A stretch of 64,000 nt of DNA, taken from assembly GCA_000388065.2 (NCBI GenBank), contig KB932209.1, one strand, 5' to 3'. Positions 51,501 to 59,900 of this stretch are shown here, in pieces; within the stretch, counting starts at the first letter, position 1, and every line of letters begins with the position of its first letter. The notes beneath the pieces are model-generated. The model was not told where the DNA came from. It did not search any database and saw only the letters and a program-made list of their open reading frames with translations. Source of the DNA: Fonticula alba ATCC 38817 (lineage: Eukaryota > Protista > Nucleariida). The position numbers and the translations under genes were made by a program.

Positions 51501-52072
51501 GGCGGCTTGGACACCTCGGCGGCCGGCTTCTTCTCGGGGGCAGGCTGCTCGGCGTTCGGGAGGGGCGTGCGCGCCAGCAACTTGGACAGGTGCGTGACAA
51601 CCTTCCGGGTCGAGCCATCACCCTGGTCGATGACCTCCAGGTCGGCGCTCCCACCAAAATGCTCCTCGGCCAGACGCTCGATGGAGGCCTTCTCGGCGAA
51701 GGGGTCCCGGTCGTGGAAGTCGCCGAAGCGGAACCGGTCGGTGGCCTCGCCGACCATTTGCGAGGCCGTCTCCAGGTTGTGGGCCTTCTGCTGGGTGTTT
51801 TCCACACGCTCCAGGAAGCTGAGGGCCTTCTCCGCGCGGGCCTGCCGCTCGCGGTCCTCCTCGGTGCCGCGCTCGTGCGTGGCGCCGGAGGTGGGCCGGA
51901 CGATCTTGATGTCCTCGAAGATCTTGGCCAGCCGAGGGTCCAGATTGTCGTCGGTTTGCGTGGCTACCGGCTCGGCCTGCCCATCGGGGTGCTTCTTGGT
52001 GAGGTGCATCTTGAGCAGGGTCTGCGAGCGAAGCTCCTGGCCGCAAAGGTGGCAGGCAACGGAGCCAGACAT
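48515..52072 (-). CDS. FG-repeat (SPFG) nucleoporin-like protein with an N-terminal C2H2 finger and a RanBP2-type zinc finger; 864-nt gap inside
   Basis: C2H2-like CHLCGQELRSQTLLKMHLTKKH (52054-51989). Eleven SPFG plus one TPFG and further PF/AF motifs (~51450-50650). Acidic tract, then WACTTCLSRNADKLDKCAAC (W-x-C-x2-C-x3-N-x6-C-x2-C, 49708-49641). The ATG at 52072 follows a pyrimidine tract and CAG, so an upstream exon is possible. The nucleoporin assignment is inference. Confidence 0.65.
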   Translation of the reverse strand: MSGSVACHLCGQELRSQTLLKMHLTKKHPDGQAEPVATQTDDNLDPRLAKIFEDIKIVRPTSGATHERGTEEDRERQARAEKALSFLERVENTQQKAHNLETASQMVGEATDRFRFGDFHDRDPFAEKASIERLAEEHFGGSADLEVIDQGDGSTRKVVTHLSKLLARTPLPNAEQPAPEKKPAAEVSKPPATAKPAGQSIASTSSPFSSAAEMTAPVVGSAGPSGSASPGAAAPSPFGSKSTGAPAASPFGSGAFGAAKASPFASNSASAVSSPFGSNSAAGASPFGSNSAAGASPFGSASTSGASPFGTGAAVPGTGPFSSAAASGGSPFGGNHFAKPAAPGPAASSTSTPATAPSPFGSNAVAPGTSSSGLSNNTGAGASPFGGTPFGAGASSMASPFGRGPFDTGSNDKKAAFGQPSAFSNPVAPFSSAGSPFASAGGFASASKGASPFSSAAATAVGSGAVSSGAVSSPFGATAVVPSAGASAAKVFPGAIRSPELEHSSAGSASEEYSDEDGDDGDEDGADESADSAEDYSQDEDDEDYSQAEDDEDYSTEDEEDEPAPEQAPSSKSIISPFASVGLGGAAAAAAAATAASTPGPVAGQPTGSSIFLTNTPGSKATGSPAADTPAAGAPGPAQPANQFVFQPLASSIKKPGAGGVTPAPAPPAAAPMLKMDSLQFKGVSFLAAPADSLAEDDGPSATPVAVAPVPAPGKLPLPTIALGAGASSASSKPLLFTNISATLPAAASTTATPTPAAAAKASVVTTPAAATPAGAIANPIKVDNTGTWACTTCLSRNADKLDKCAACEAXXXXXXXXXXXXXXXXXXXXXXXXXXXXXXXXXXXXXXXXXXXXXXXXXXXXXXXXXXXXXXXXXXXXXXXXXXXXXXXXXXXXXXXXXXXXXXXXXXXXXXXXXXXXXXXXXXXXXXXXXXXXXXXXXXXXXXXXXXXXXXXXXXXXXXXXXXXXXXXXXXXXXXXXXXXXXXXXXXXXXXXXXXXXXXXXXXXXXXXXXXXXXXXXXXXXXXXXXXXXXXXXXXXXXXXXXXXXXXXXXXXXXXXXXXXXXXXXXXXXXXXXXXXXXXXXXXXXXXXXXXXXXXXXXAPTADTLVRIQQRLASLSVARPSLLPARGLHFPGTHSACFLPFFACFSLGWSVPLPDCGHAWANPLVRISPPVTDNTCADAFAILN
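48777..49640. other. Largest assembly gap (N). Other gaps: 1145-1154, 7130-7162, 11243-11472, 13109-13513, 18399-18412, 20740-20803, 22639-22647, 25541-25720
   Basis: N runs read directly; most abut poly-G/C or dinucleotide tracts. Confidence 0.97.
50408..50473 (-). repeat. 27-bp coding tandem repeat (EDYSQxEDD) in the FG protein
   Basis: gctgtagtcctcgtcgtcctcaRcctg-type unit, about 2.4 copies, one mismatch between units. Confidence 0.85.
51174..51253 (-). repeat. 33-bp coding tandem repeat (SPFGSNSAAGA) in the FG protein
   Basis: gacccgaaggggcttgcaccggcggcggaattc occurs twice exactly, plus a partial third copy. Confidence 0.85.
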
Positions 52073-52770
52073 CTGGCCAGCGGAGGAAGGTGGCGGAGAA
52101 AAGGCGCGGAGCAATGGAGCCAGGCCGGGAGGTGAGCGAGGAGGAACGGGAGGGAAGTCGGGAGAGGGAGGGAGGGAGGGAGGGAGGGAGCAAGACGGAG
52201 CGCACTGTTTGCCGGGGGGGATCGAGGAAAGGAGGGAAGGAAAGGGGAGGAGACAAAAAGGGGGAGGGGCAGAGCAAAGAAGGAAGGGGGGCGGAGGGGA
52301 CGGGAGCAGACTAGTTGACGCAAGATGTGTCCCGACGTGCCCAACACGGCCACGCTCCCGAAAAAGGTGCTTGGAACAAGACGCAAGGACGTGGCCAGGG
52401 CGTCAGGCGACCGGATCACGCCCACGCTGTCCGTTGGCAATTGGGATACACCTGTGCGAGGGGGCTGGCGGGAGCTTGGTCCATGTGCGCGAGCGGCGAG
52501 ATGCGGCGGAGATCTCGCACGCGGGACGTAGGGCGCGCGCCCCGGAACCGGTTCCGCCCTTTCGGGCGCCGGGGCGGGCACGCTGGAAGCCAATCCTGCG
52601 ACCAGCATTCCCTTCCCCCCCCCCCTCCCCCCCCCCCTTGTGCCGTCTCCGGCCCCATCCCGCACGCACACTCCTCTGCCCTCCCCGACTCCCCGTTTCT
52701 CTGCCCCTCCCCTTGCTTGTGCCCTCCATTGCATAGACCTCCTTCCCGGCACACATCCACAAAGGCAACC

Positions 52771-54096
52771 ATGCCCCCGAAGCATTATCGCCAGTTCCTG
52801 GACTACCACGACAATGAGTACGGCCCCCAGCGGTGGCGCACGCGCCTGCTGCCCGCGCTGAAGCGCACCCCCGAGCATGTGGCCATGGTCAACTGGCATG
52901 CGGACCCGGCGGCCGTGTGCGCGGCCCTGCGCCGGTCGCCGGAGTCCTACGCCGACGCCGAGGACCCGGAGAAGCTGCTTTTCGTCCAGTCGCCCTACAT
53001 TGGCAGTCTCTGTGCCCTGGTGCCGGCATCGGGGAGCGCGCCCGGCGCCGGTGGCGACCCCTTCCCCCCGCCCATGGCCGACCGGGCCGGGCAGGCAACC
53101 TACTACATCCTGAATGTGGCGTCGCTACTTTGCATCGATGCTCTGGACATCCGGCCCGGGCAGAAGGTGTTGGACTTGTGCGCCGCGCCGGGTGGCAAGT
53201 CGGTGGCCATCGCCCAGCGCCTTTGGCGGTCGCATCATGCCGGGGAGGCCGGGGCCGGGCCCGAGGCCGGGCCCGGGCCCGCTGGGCCTGTGTGCTTCGA
53301 TCTCGGGGCCGAGGCGCGCGACGCGATCGACGCCGATGCCGATGGGCTGCTAGTGCTGAATGAGCCGGCGGCGCCGCGGCGCGCGCGCCTCGAGCGCACG
53401 GTCGAGGCCTTCATGCCGCGGCAGTACCGGGCTTCGGTGCGGGTGCTGTCGCTGAATGCCACCCGGACGGAGTCCCTGCCGCCGGCGCACCATGGCCTGT
53501 ATGACCGGGTGCTGGTGGATGCCCCCTGCTCGACGGATCGCCATGTGGCTCGGGCCCCGGACACCGCCTCGCCGGCGGTCAGTAACTCGGCCGCCGGGCC
53601 CTGGTCCCCCAGTGGCATGGCGCAAACCGCCGGCCGGCAGCTGTCTCTGGTGCTGGCGGCCATCGCCGCGGCCCGGGCCCCGGAGGATGGGCTTCCCGGC
53701 GGACGGGTGGTCTACTCCACCTGCGCCCTCAGTGTGCGCGAGAATGACTGGGTTGTGGCACAGGCCCTGCAGCAGAGTCGGTCTCGGCACCCGGTGCGCC
53801 CGGTCGACCCGCGGACCTTCGGCTTCCGCATTGGCCGGCCGACGCGCTTTGGCTGGCTCATCCTGCCGGATCAGCCCGCCACCGCCTGGCAGCCGGGCCA
53901 GCCGGGCGAGCGCGGTGCCACCGAGGGCCATGTCTCTGGCGATGGCCTGCCTCCCGGCATGGCTCCCAACGCCCCGGGCCACAACCAGGGCCCCATCTTC
54001 ATTGCAGTGCTCGAGCGAATCCCCTCGCCCGGCGGTGCGGCCTCCTCCAAGCCCTCGGGTCTTGTGGCCGATGAGGGTGACAGTGACAGCGATTGA
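52771..54096 (+). CDS. RsmB/NOP2-family RNA m5C methyltransferase, NSUN3/NSUN4-like; single exon
   Basis: N-terminal FLDYHDNEYGPQRW..LLPAL, YYILNVASLL, motif I VLDLCAAPGGKS, motif IV DRVLVDAPCS, motif VI GRVVYSTCALSVREND. Both catalytic Cys are present in an uninterrupted ORF. Confidence 0.85.
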   Translation: MPPKHYRQFLDYHDNEYGPQRWRTRLLPALKRTPEHVAMVNWHADPAAVCAALRRSPESYADAEDPEKLLFVQSPYIGSLCALVPASGSAPGAGGDPFPPPMADRAGQATYYILNVASLLCIDALDIRPGQKVLDLCAAPGGKSVAIAQRLWRSHHAGEAGAGPEAGPGPAGPVCFDLGAEARDAIDADADGLLVLNEPAAPRRARLERTVEAFMPRQYRASVRVLSLNATRTESLPPAHHGLYDRVLVDAPCSTDRHVARAPDTASPAVSNSAAGPWSPSGMAQTAGRQLSLVLAAIAAARAPEDGLPGGRVVYSTCALSVRENDWVVAQALQQSRSRHPVRPVDPRTFGFRIGRPTRFGWLILPDQPATAWQPGQPGERGATEGHVSGDGLPPGMAPNAPGHNQGPIFIAVLERIPSPGGAASSKPSGLVADEGDSDSD

Positions 54097-56028
54097 TCGT
54101 GCTCGTGCCGGTTCCCTCCTCCCTGCTTCCCTTTGCTCCCTTCCCTTCTTTTTTTTTTTCATTCTCCTTTTTCGCCTCCCTCCGCCCCTTTCCCCTCGGC
54201 AGTGTGTCCTTCCGTAATAGAGAGAGGCGTGTCTCGGGTGAAAATACCCCACAGCTGTGTGCTTGACATTCAGTGTCTGAATCTTGCGCTTTAGCACGGA
54301 TCTTTCGTTGGGACATGTGAGTAAGTGGCTCGGGCAAAGAGTTGGCATTTGGTTTTCCAGAACGACCCGTCCGTCCGTGTGACCCCCCTCCCCCCCCCTG
54401 GCGTCGGCGCGAGGCCAGCGAGCAAGGAGGGGACGGGGTGCACCGCGCCGCCTTGCCGGGGGAGGTGTTCCCGGGCCGCCGCGCTGGGCAGGGCACACCA
54501 AAGAAGTGCCTCGATGTTGGCCACTCCACGGTGGGTCCCCCGCCTCCCCAAGCGGGGGGGGGGGGGGGCGAGTGCGGCGGCCCGGGCGCGCGCGAGAGCC
54601 AAGGGAGACGGTGACGCGCGCGTGGGCGCCCAGGGTTGAGGACCGGGTTTCGGTGTGCTTTCAGTCGGGGCCCTGTGGGCCGCCGGCGGCGGGGCGGCCT
54701 CCGGGGGGGGGGGCGAGACTGGAGCCCGTCGGATTTTCCAGTCTCTGGCCTGGCGGGGGTCAAGCGGCATCGGCACCCCCCGCCGCCCCCGACACGTACC
54801 TCGCCCGGCTGGTACCCCCCCCGTTCGACACTCGCGTTGCCGTTCCCGGCCGCAGGGAGAGACGGGGCACATGGTTTCTGTGAATTGTCCCAGGGGGCGG
54901 GGCAGCCCCGCGCTGTACGGGCCTGTCCATCACCGGTCAAAAGGGGGTGTGTCCGCAGCCCCCCCCCCCCCCTCAGCTCCGACTGCCAGCCCCGGTGAGT
55001 GCCCGGTGTGTTGTCGAGCCGCGCAACGAGGCGGCCCTGTCTCCCCGGGCCAGGTAAACAATCCTGGTGAAACTCACACAGGCGTGCGACGGGGGCGGGG
55101 GAGCCGATGCAGAGCGTGTCTTTGGAACAGGTGTCTCTTGATTAGAGGGCTACGGCAAGAGGGTGTAGCGCGGCAGGGGCGCACTCGCGGACTCGGCGGC
55201 CGGCGTCCTGTCCCCCCCCCCCCTGGCCAAATACACGCGTGTGCGTGTGGGGCTGAACCAGCGGGCCCCTGAGGCTGGGAGAAACGGGGACGAGCACGGC
55301 CCCGAGGCCATACCGACGTAATTACCTGAATATATTACCGCCAATATATGGCGGCCATGCATGGGTGCCTTCCGCCCGCCACGGAGCGGGGCATCCTGCG
55401 GCTCTCTTCTGAGCGCCTGCCCTGCTGCAACTTGGCCAGGGGGCGGGGGGCCGCGGGCGAAGCGCTCGCGCACAAGCCGCGCCCTCGAGACCCCTCGCCC
55501 CTGGGGGTCAAGTCGGCGCCCGGTGTTTCACTGGGCCGAGTGGGGCAGGGCCGGGGAGACCTAGCTGGGGGGGGGGGGGGGCACCTGCACCTGTCCGGCC
55601 CGGGCCCCGGCTCCGGCCCCGACTCCAGCCCCCGCCCCCGGCCCGTCCCCCTTTGCTCCGTTGTCGGTCCCTCCCCTTGGAAGCGGTCTCGCGCGTGGCC
55701 CCACTGCCGGGCGAGGCCGATCGCGGTCGCCGATCCGGGCGAGGCGTCGCCGGAGCGCGCGCGGGGAAGGCTTTGTTCTCTCACGCTCACACGCGGGCCG
55801 AACCCCGGGTGGCCGGGCGTCCGTGTCGCTTGGCCGGCCCGAGAGCACGCCCGACCAGGGGGTGCTGGTCGCGGTGCCAGGCGCCCAGCTCACCGGCTCC
55901 CTTGGCCACTGCAATATTGTAAATGACCTCCCTCCGGGGCCCTTCGGGGCCAGAGTGAGAAAGGGGGGGAACCGGGGCCGTACGGGATCAGCAGCTGTCT
56001 GCTGCCATTGTTCTTCGGCCCTTGGGGG

Positions 56029-56077
<49 letters not shown>

Positions 56078-56968
56078 ACACACATGCAGAGAGTCACCTT
56101 CGGGGCCACATTAGACTGTACAGGGGTCTTCCCCCCTGCCTCACGGCCCCCCTCTTCCCCCTGGTCCTGGGTCCGATCCGCGACACCCGACCAAGCCCCG
56201 GGTCCCCGGGCCACAGAGAGTCCCCGAGGACACGGCTCCTCAAGCGATGAGAAAGTGGCGTAGGGCTTGTGCCACTGTGGCTGCGGGGCAAGGGCGAGGG
56301 CTGGGTCTCTGGGCCGTTCGTGCGCGCGCGCGCGCGCGCCCCTGGCGGGGCCCCTCGCACACGGGGGCCGTGTTGGCTCCCCCGGGCCGGAGAGGCGGTC
56401 CCCGCGCCCCCCCGCCCCCTTACCCCCAGACCGACTCTGGGTAGCCAGGTAGACCCTGGTGATATGGCGGTGATCTCGCCCTCCTGATGGGACCCTCCCC
56501 CCCCCAGCCGTTGGCGCCTGCCCTCTCGGTCGTGCATGTGCTTTGAGGTGGTGCCCGAGATGTTCGCGACCACCGGGCTGTGTCGACAACCCGCATCTCC
56601 CCTCCTGCCCCTGCCGCCTTCCCGCCACCCTTTCTGCCCCTCCTCCGGGTTGGCCTTTTCGCATCCTCCCTCGCTTGCGTTCCCCGCACCTCACCACTCG
56701 GGCGTGTACACGCAGCCACAGGCCCGCCCGTCTCCGCCACCGCCGCTACCGCCGTCGGCTGCCGCGCGGTCGTCTGTGTGCGCACGTGCGTGTGCGTGCG
56801 TGTGTGCGTGTGTACGCGCGCGCGCGTGTGTGTGTGTGTGTGTGTCTGTGTCTGTGTGTGAGCGAGAGAGGCTATCCCACTCCTTCTGCCCCTCCCTCCC
56901 CCCCCCCCTTCCCCACCTCTCATCACCCCCTTCCTGCCTCCTCCTTGTCTTTCGAAGCCTAGAGCGTC

Positions 56969-59900
56969 ATGCTCCGCCGGACGAAGAGCATTGTCGGCGC
57001 ACGAGTCCGCTCGAAGCAGCAGCAAGCCGTCTTCCCGAATGCCGACGGCACTGACGCCGCTCCCGGGTCGGTCCCGCCCTCCGGGCGCCCGCTCGGCCCC
57101 GGACCCGATGGCGGAGACCTCCTCGCCGTGGTGGCGGCCCACTCCTCTGGGGCCAGTGTGTCCGGCGTTGGCAGCGAGCATGGCACCTTTCGGCCTGAGG
57201 GCGCCCCGGTGCGCCAGCGCAAGCTGACCATGTCCCGCAAGTCTGCCCGCTATGACGAGTACATGTACTTCTCCCAGGTTCGTCCGCGTCACTCGACTTC
57301 GTCATGGCATCCTGTGGCCCTTTTCCACGGCATCCCCCCCCCTCTCTCCCCTGACACACGCGTCCCATCCTGATATCCCCCCCCCCCCCCGCCTCATATC
57401 CAGTGCATCCGTCCCTGGATTGAGCGTCGCATTGGCCGGGCCTTGGACGAGGATGCCGACCTGATCTCGGCCCTGCAGCGGGGCCCGGCCTTCCACGAGC
57501 TGGCCTTCAGCTTGTTGCCCGGTACGCAGGCGCCCTCCTCCCCCGGTCCCTGACATCCTTCATGGAGTCTCCTCCGGGCTCCTTCCCTCGGTCCCCTCTC
57601 TGACTCTGTCTTTCCTCCCATCGGGGCAGATGTCGTCGGTCGCGGTCCCGAGGATCGCGCATATCGAGACATGTCGGAGCCCTTCCTCCGGAGTGTGGCC
57701 ATCAACTCGGCCAGCATCTTTGTCGATGCCGTGGCTCGACACACGGGGACAGATCCATCGGACATCTTTTCGCCGATCGAGTTCCAGTCAATCCCGCGGC
57801 TGACCACCTCGGAGACGGCCGACTCTGACTCCCGGGGTGACAACATCGCCATGATCCAGCGCCTGAAGGTTGTCCAGGCCCTGGAAGCGGTGGCCATCAA
57901 CCTGGTGCGCCCTCCTCCCCCGCTCTTCCCCGCTCTCTCGCTTTACCTGTGCCAGTGTGTGTCCCTGGTCTTCCGCCTTGTCTTCTGACTGTGGCCTTTG
58001 TTCCTGGTGGGCTTCGGTTCTGGTTCCCGCCCGCCCTACCTGACGCCGGTATCGTCGGCTCCCTCGCCATGCACAGGACAACTTCAATCCCGACGACTTT
58101 GTCTCCCAGCCTGATGAGGATGGGCATCTGAGCGGTGGCGAGGCATCCTCCTCGGAGCCCGGATCCTCCTCTGTCGTTGAGCCTGAGCCCGTCATCAAGG
58201 CGCTGCTCCCGGTTGAAAAGGAGCCTCTCCTTGAGCCTACGGATCAGTCGATTGTTGCGGTTACCGATGGACCTGAGTTCACGACCACGGCCGACACTGA
58301 TGCCGGGTCCGTGCCTGCCTCTGGTTCCGAGTCGGTTGTCGGGTCGACTGCTGGGCCCGTTGTTGAGTCCGTTGTTGAGACAATTATTGAGCACGCTCTT
58401 GAGCCAACCATCGAGCCAGTCGTCGAGCCGGCCGTCGAGCCGGCCGTCGAGCCTGCCGTCGAGCCTGCCGTCGAGCCTGCCGTCGAGCCGGCCGTCGAGC
58501 CTGCCGTCGAGTTGGTCGAGGAATCGATTGTCCAGCCAGCCGTCGAGCCCATCATCACATCCTCACTTACCACGGGGCTTGTGCTTGCGCCTGACACCGA
58601 TGCCGCGCTTGCCAATGTGTCCGAACCCATCGGCGAGCCGGCCTCTCCGTCCTCCCCCGATACCGATCACATTCACATGCCGGAGCTCCAGCCTGTTCTG
58701 GAGGATGACTCCCCCTCGGCTAGCGGCGACGAGTCGGATGCCTCTTCGGCGTCGGAGATTTCGCTCCCCCCTTTGGAGGCGGTCGCCGCGGCGGCGGCCC
58801 GGCCGTTGACCCCCCGAACCCCGGGCGGCGGCCTGGCCCTGGCGGCCAGCAGCGTGCCCGGCGTCGGGGCCGGTGGTGGCGATGACGACGACGAGGACGA
58901 GGGCGAAGAGGCGTTCTTCTGTCTGAACCCGATGGCCGTGGCCAAATATGCCCGGAGCAATGAGGTGCTGAATCTTCTGCAGCAGAGCCCCGCCTTCAAT
59001 CGGACTTTCTCCTTCACCTCCACCTCGGAGTCCGTTTCCGATCCGCTGATCAGCACATCGGTCAGCGAGATCCTCGAGCGTTCGGCGGATTCCCTTCGAT
59101 GGTCGCTCCCGAGCCCGGTGGCCGGCGAGCCGGGGTCCCCCTCGCGTGCGGGGCCTGACGGGGCCTGGGGCCCGGCTCGAGGCCGGCCACCGGCGCCCTC
59201 TCGGCCCCCGCAATATGGGTCCAGTCCGCTGTCACGGTCACTGTCCAGTGTCAGCTCGCGGCCTGTGTCCATGCATGTGGGCGGCACATGGGGGGACTTC
59301 TCCATCGACACGCCACTCCCTCTGGATCCGGAGGCCCGGCGCCGGCTCTGCTCCACCACCCTGCCCATGAAGCTGTCTCCGAAGGCCGAGGAGGCCGCCG
59401 GGGTTGCCGCGTCTGCGGCCCCTCCAACGGGGCGGCCGCCAGTTCGCCCGGCCAGCGCCGGTGCCGGCACCAGCAGCTCCACCACCGGCGCCAGCTGCCC
59501 GGACGGCACCGGCATCGATCCCAGTCAGCTGGACCCCCTGGTAATGGAGGACTTGGAGCTGTTGCTCCAGTGCCCGAACAACCTGCGCGCCGCTCATCGC
59601 GCCTGCATGGAGCGCGGCGCCGACAAGACGGCCTTCCTGCTGGAGCATTTGACCGAAATGACCAATGACAATCGGAGGTGCGCCCGACATTCCGAGTCTC
59701 CTTTTCCCCCTTGCCCGCCCCCGTTGTGCCCCTGCGCTGGACTCTCGGTGCTCCCCATCTCGCGTCTTTGCCTGCCATTCACAGTCCAAAATGTCCGTGC
59801 GCCGCCCAGTCCCATGGACATCGCATCCATCCACATGACCCTGCAGTCTTTGTCGCAGAGGGATGAGGACTCACTTTCGCGGCAGGTTCGGCCTCGGGTC

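Noticed and set aside
52300-52490. Candidate upstream exon for the FG gene (MDQAPASPLAQ|GTGTAT)
   Set aside because: Phase-compatible, but the donor does not fit the local consensus and there is no homology support; left out of the CDS call.
54235-54290. Short hairpins including CAGTGT (IRE-like) after the NSUN gene
   Set aside because: The bulged C and 5-bp upper stem required for an IRE are absent; the stems are only 4-6 bp.
54100-56960. Possible hidden gene in the 2.9-kb spacer (e.g. ORF 55561-56697)
   Set aside because: No conserved motif and no consistent exon/intron pattern; reads as UTR/promoter with microsatellites.
58422-58511. Regular short repeats (also 51174-51253) as a CRISPR-like array
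   Set aside because: Units are contiguous with no unique spacers, are in frame within eukaryotic CDS, and there are no cas genes.
59530-59680. Helical segment LVMEDLELLLQCPNNLRAAHR..KTAFLL resembling a formin GBD N-terminus
   Set aside because: Similarity is by eye only and too weak to call; HHpred would be needed.
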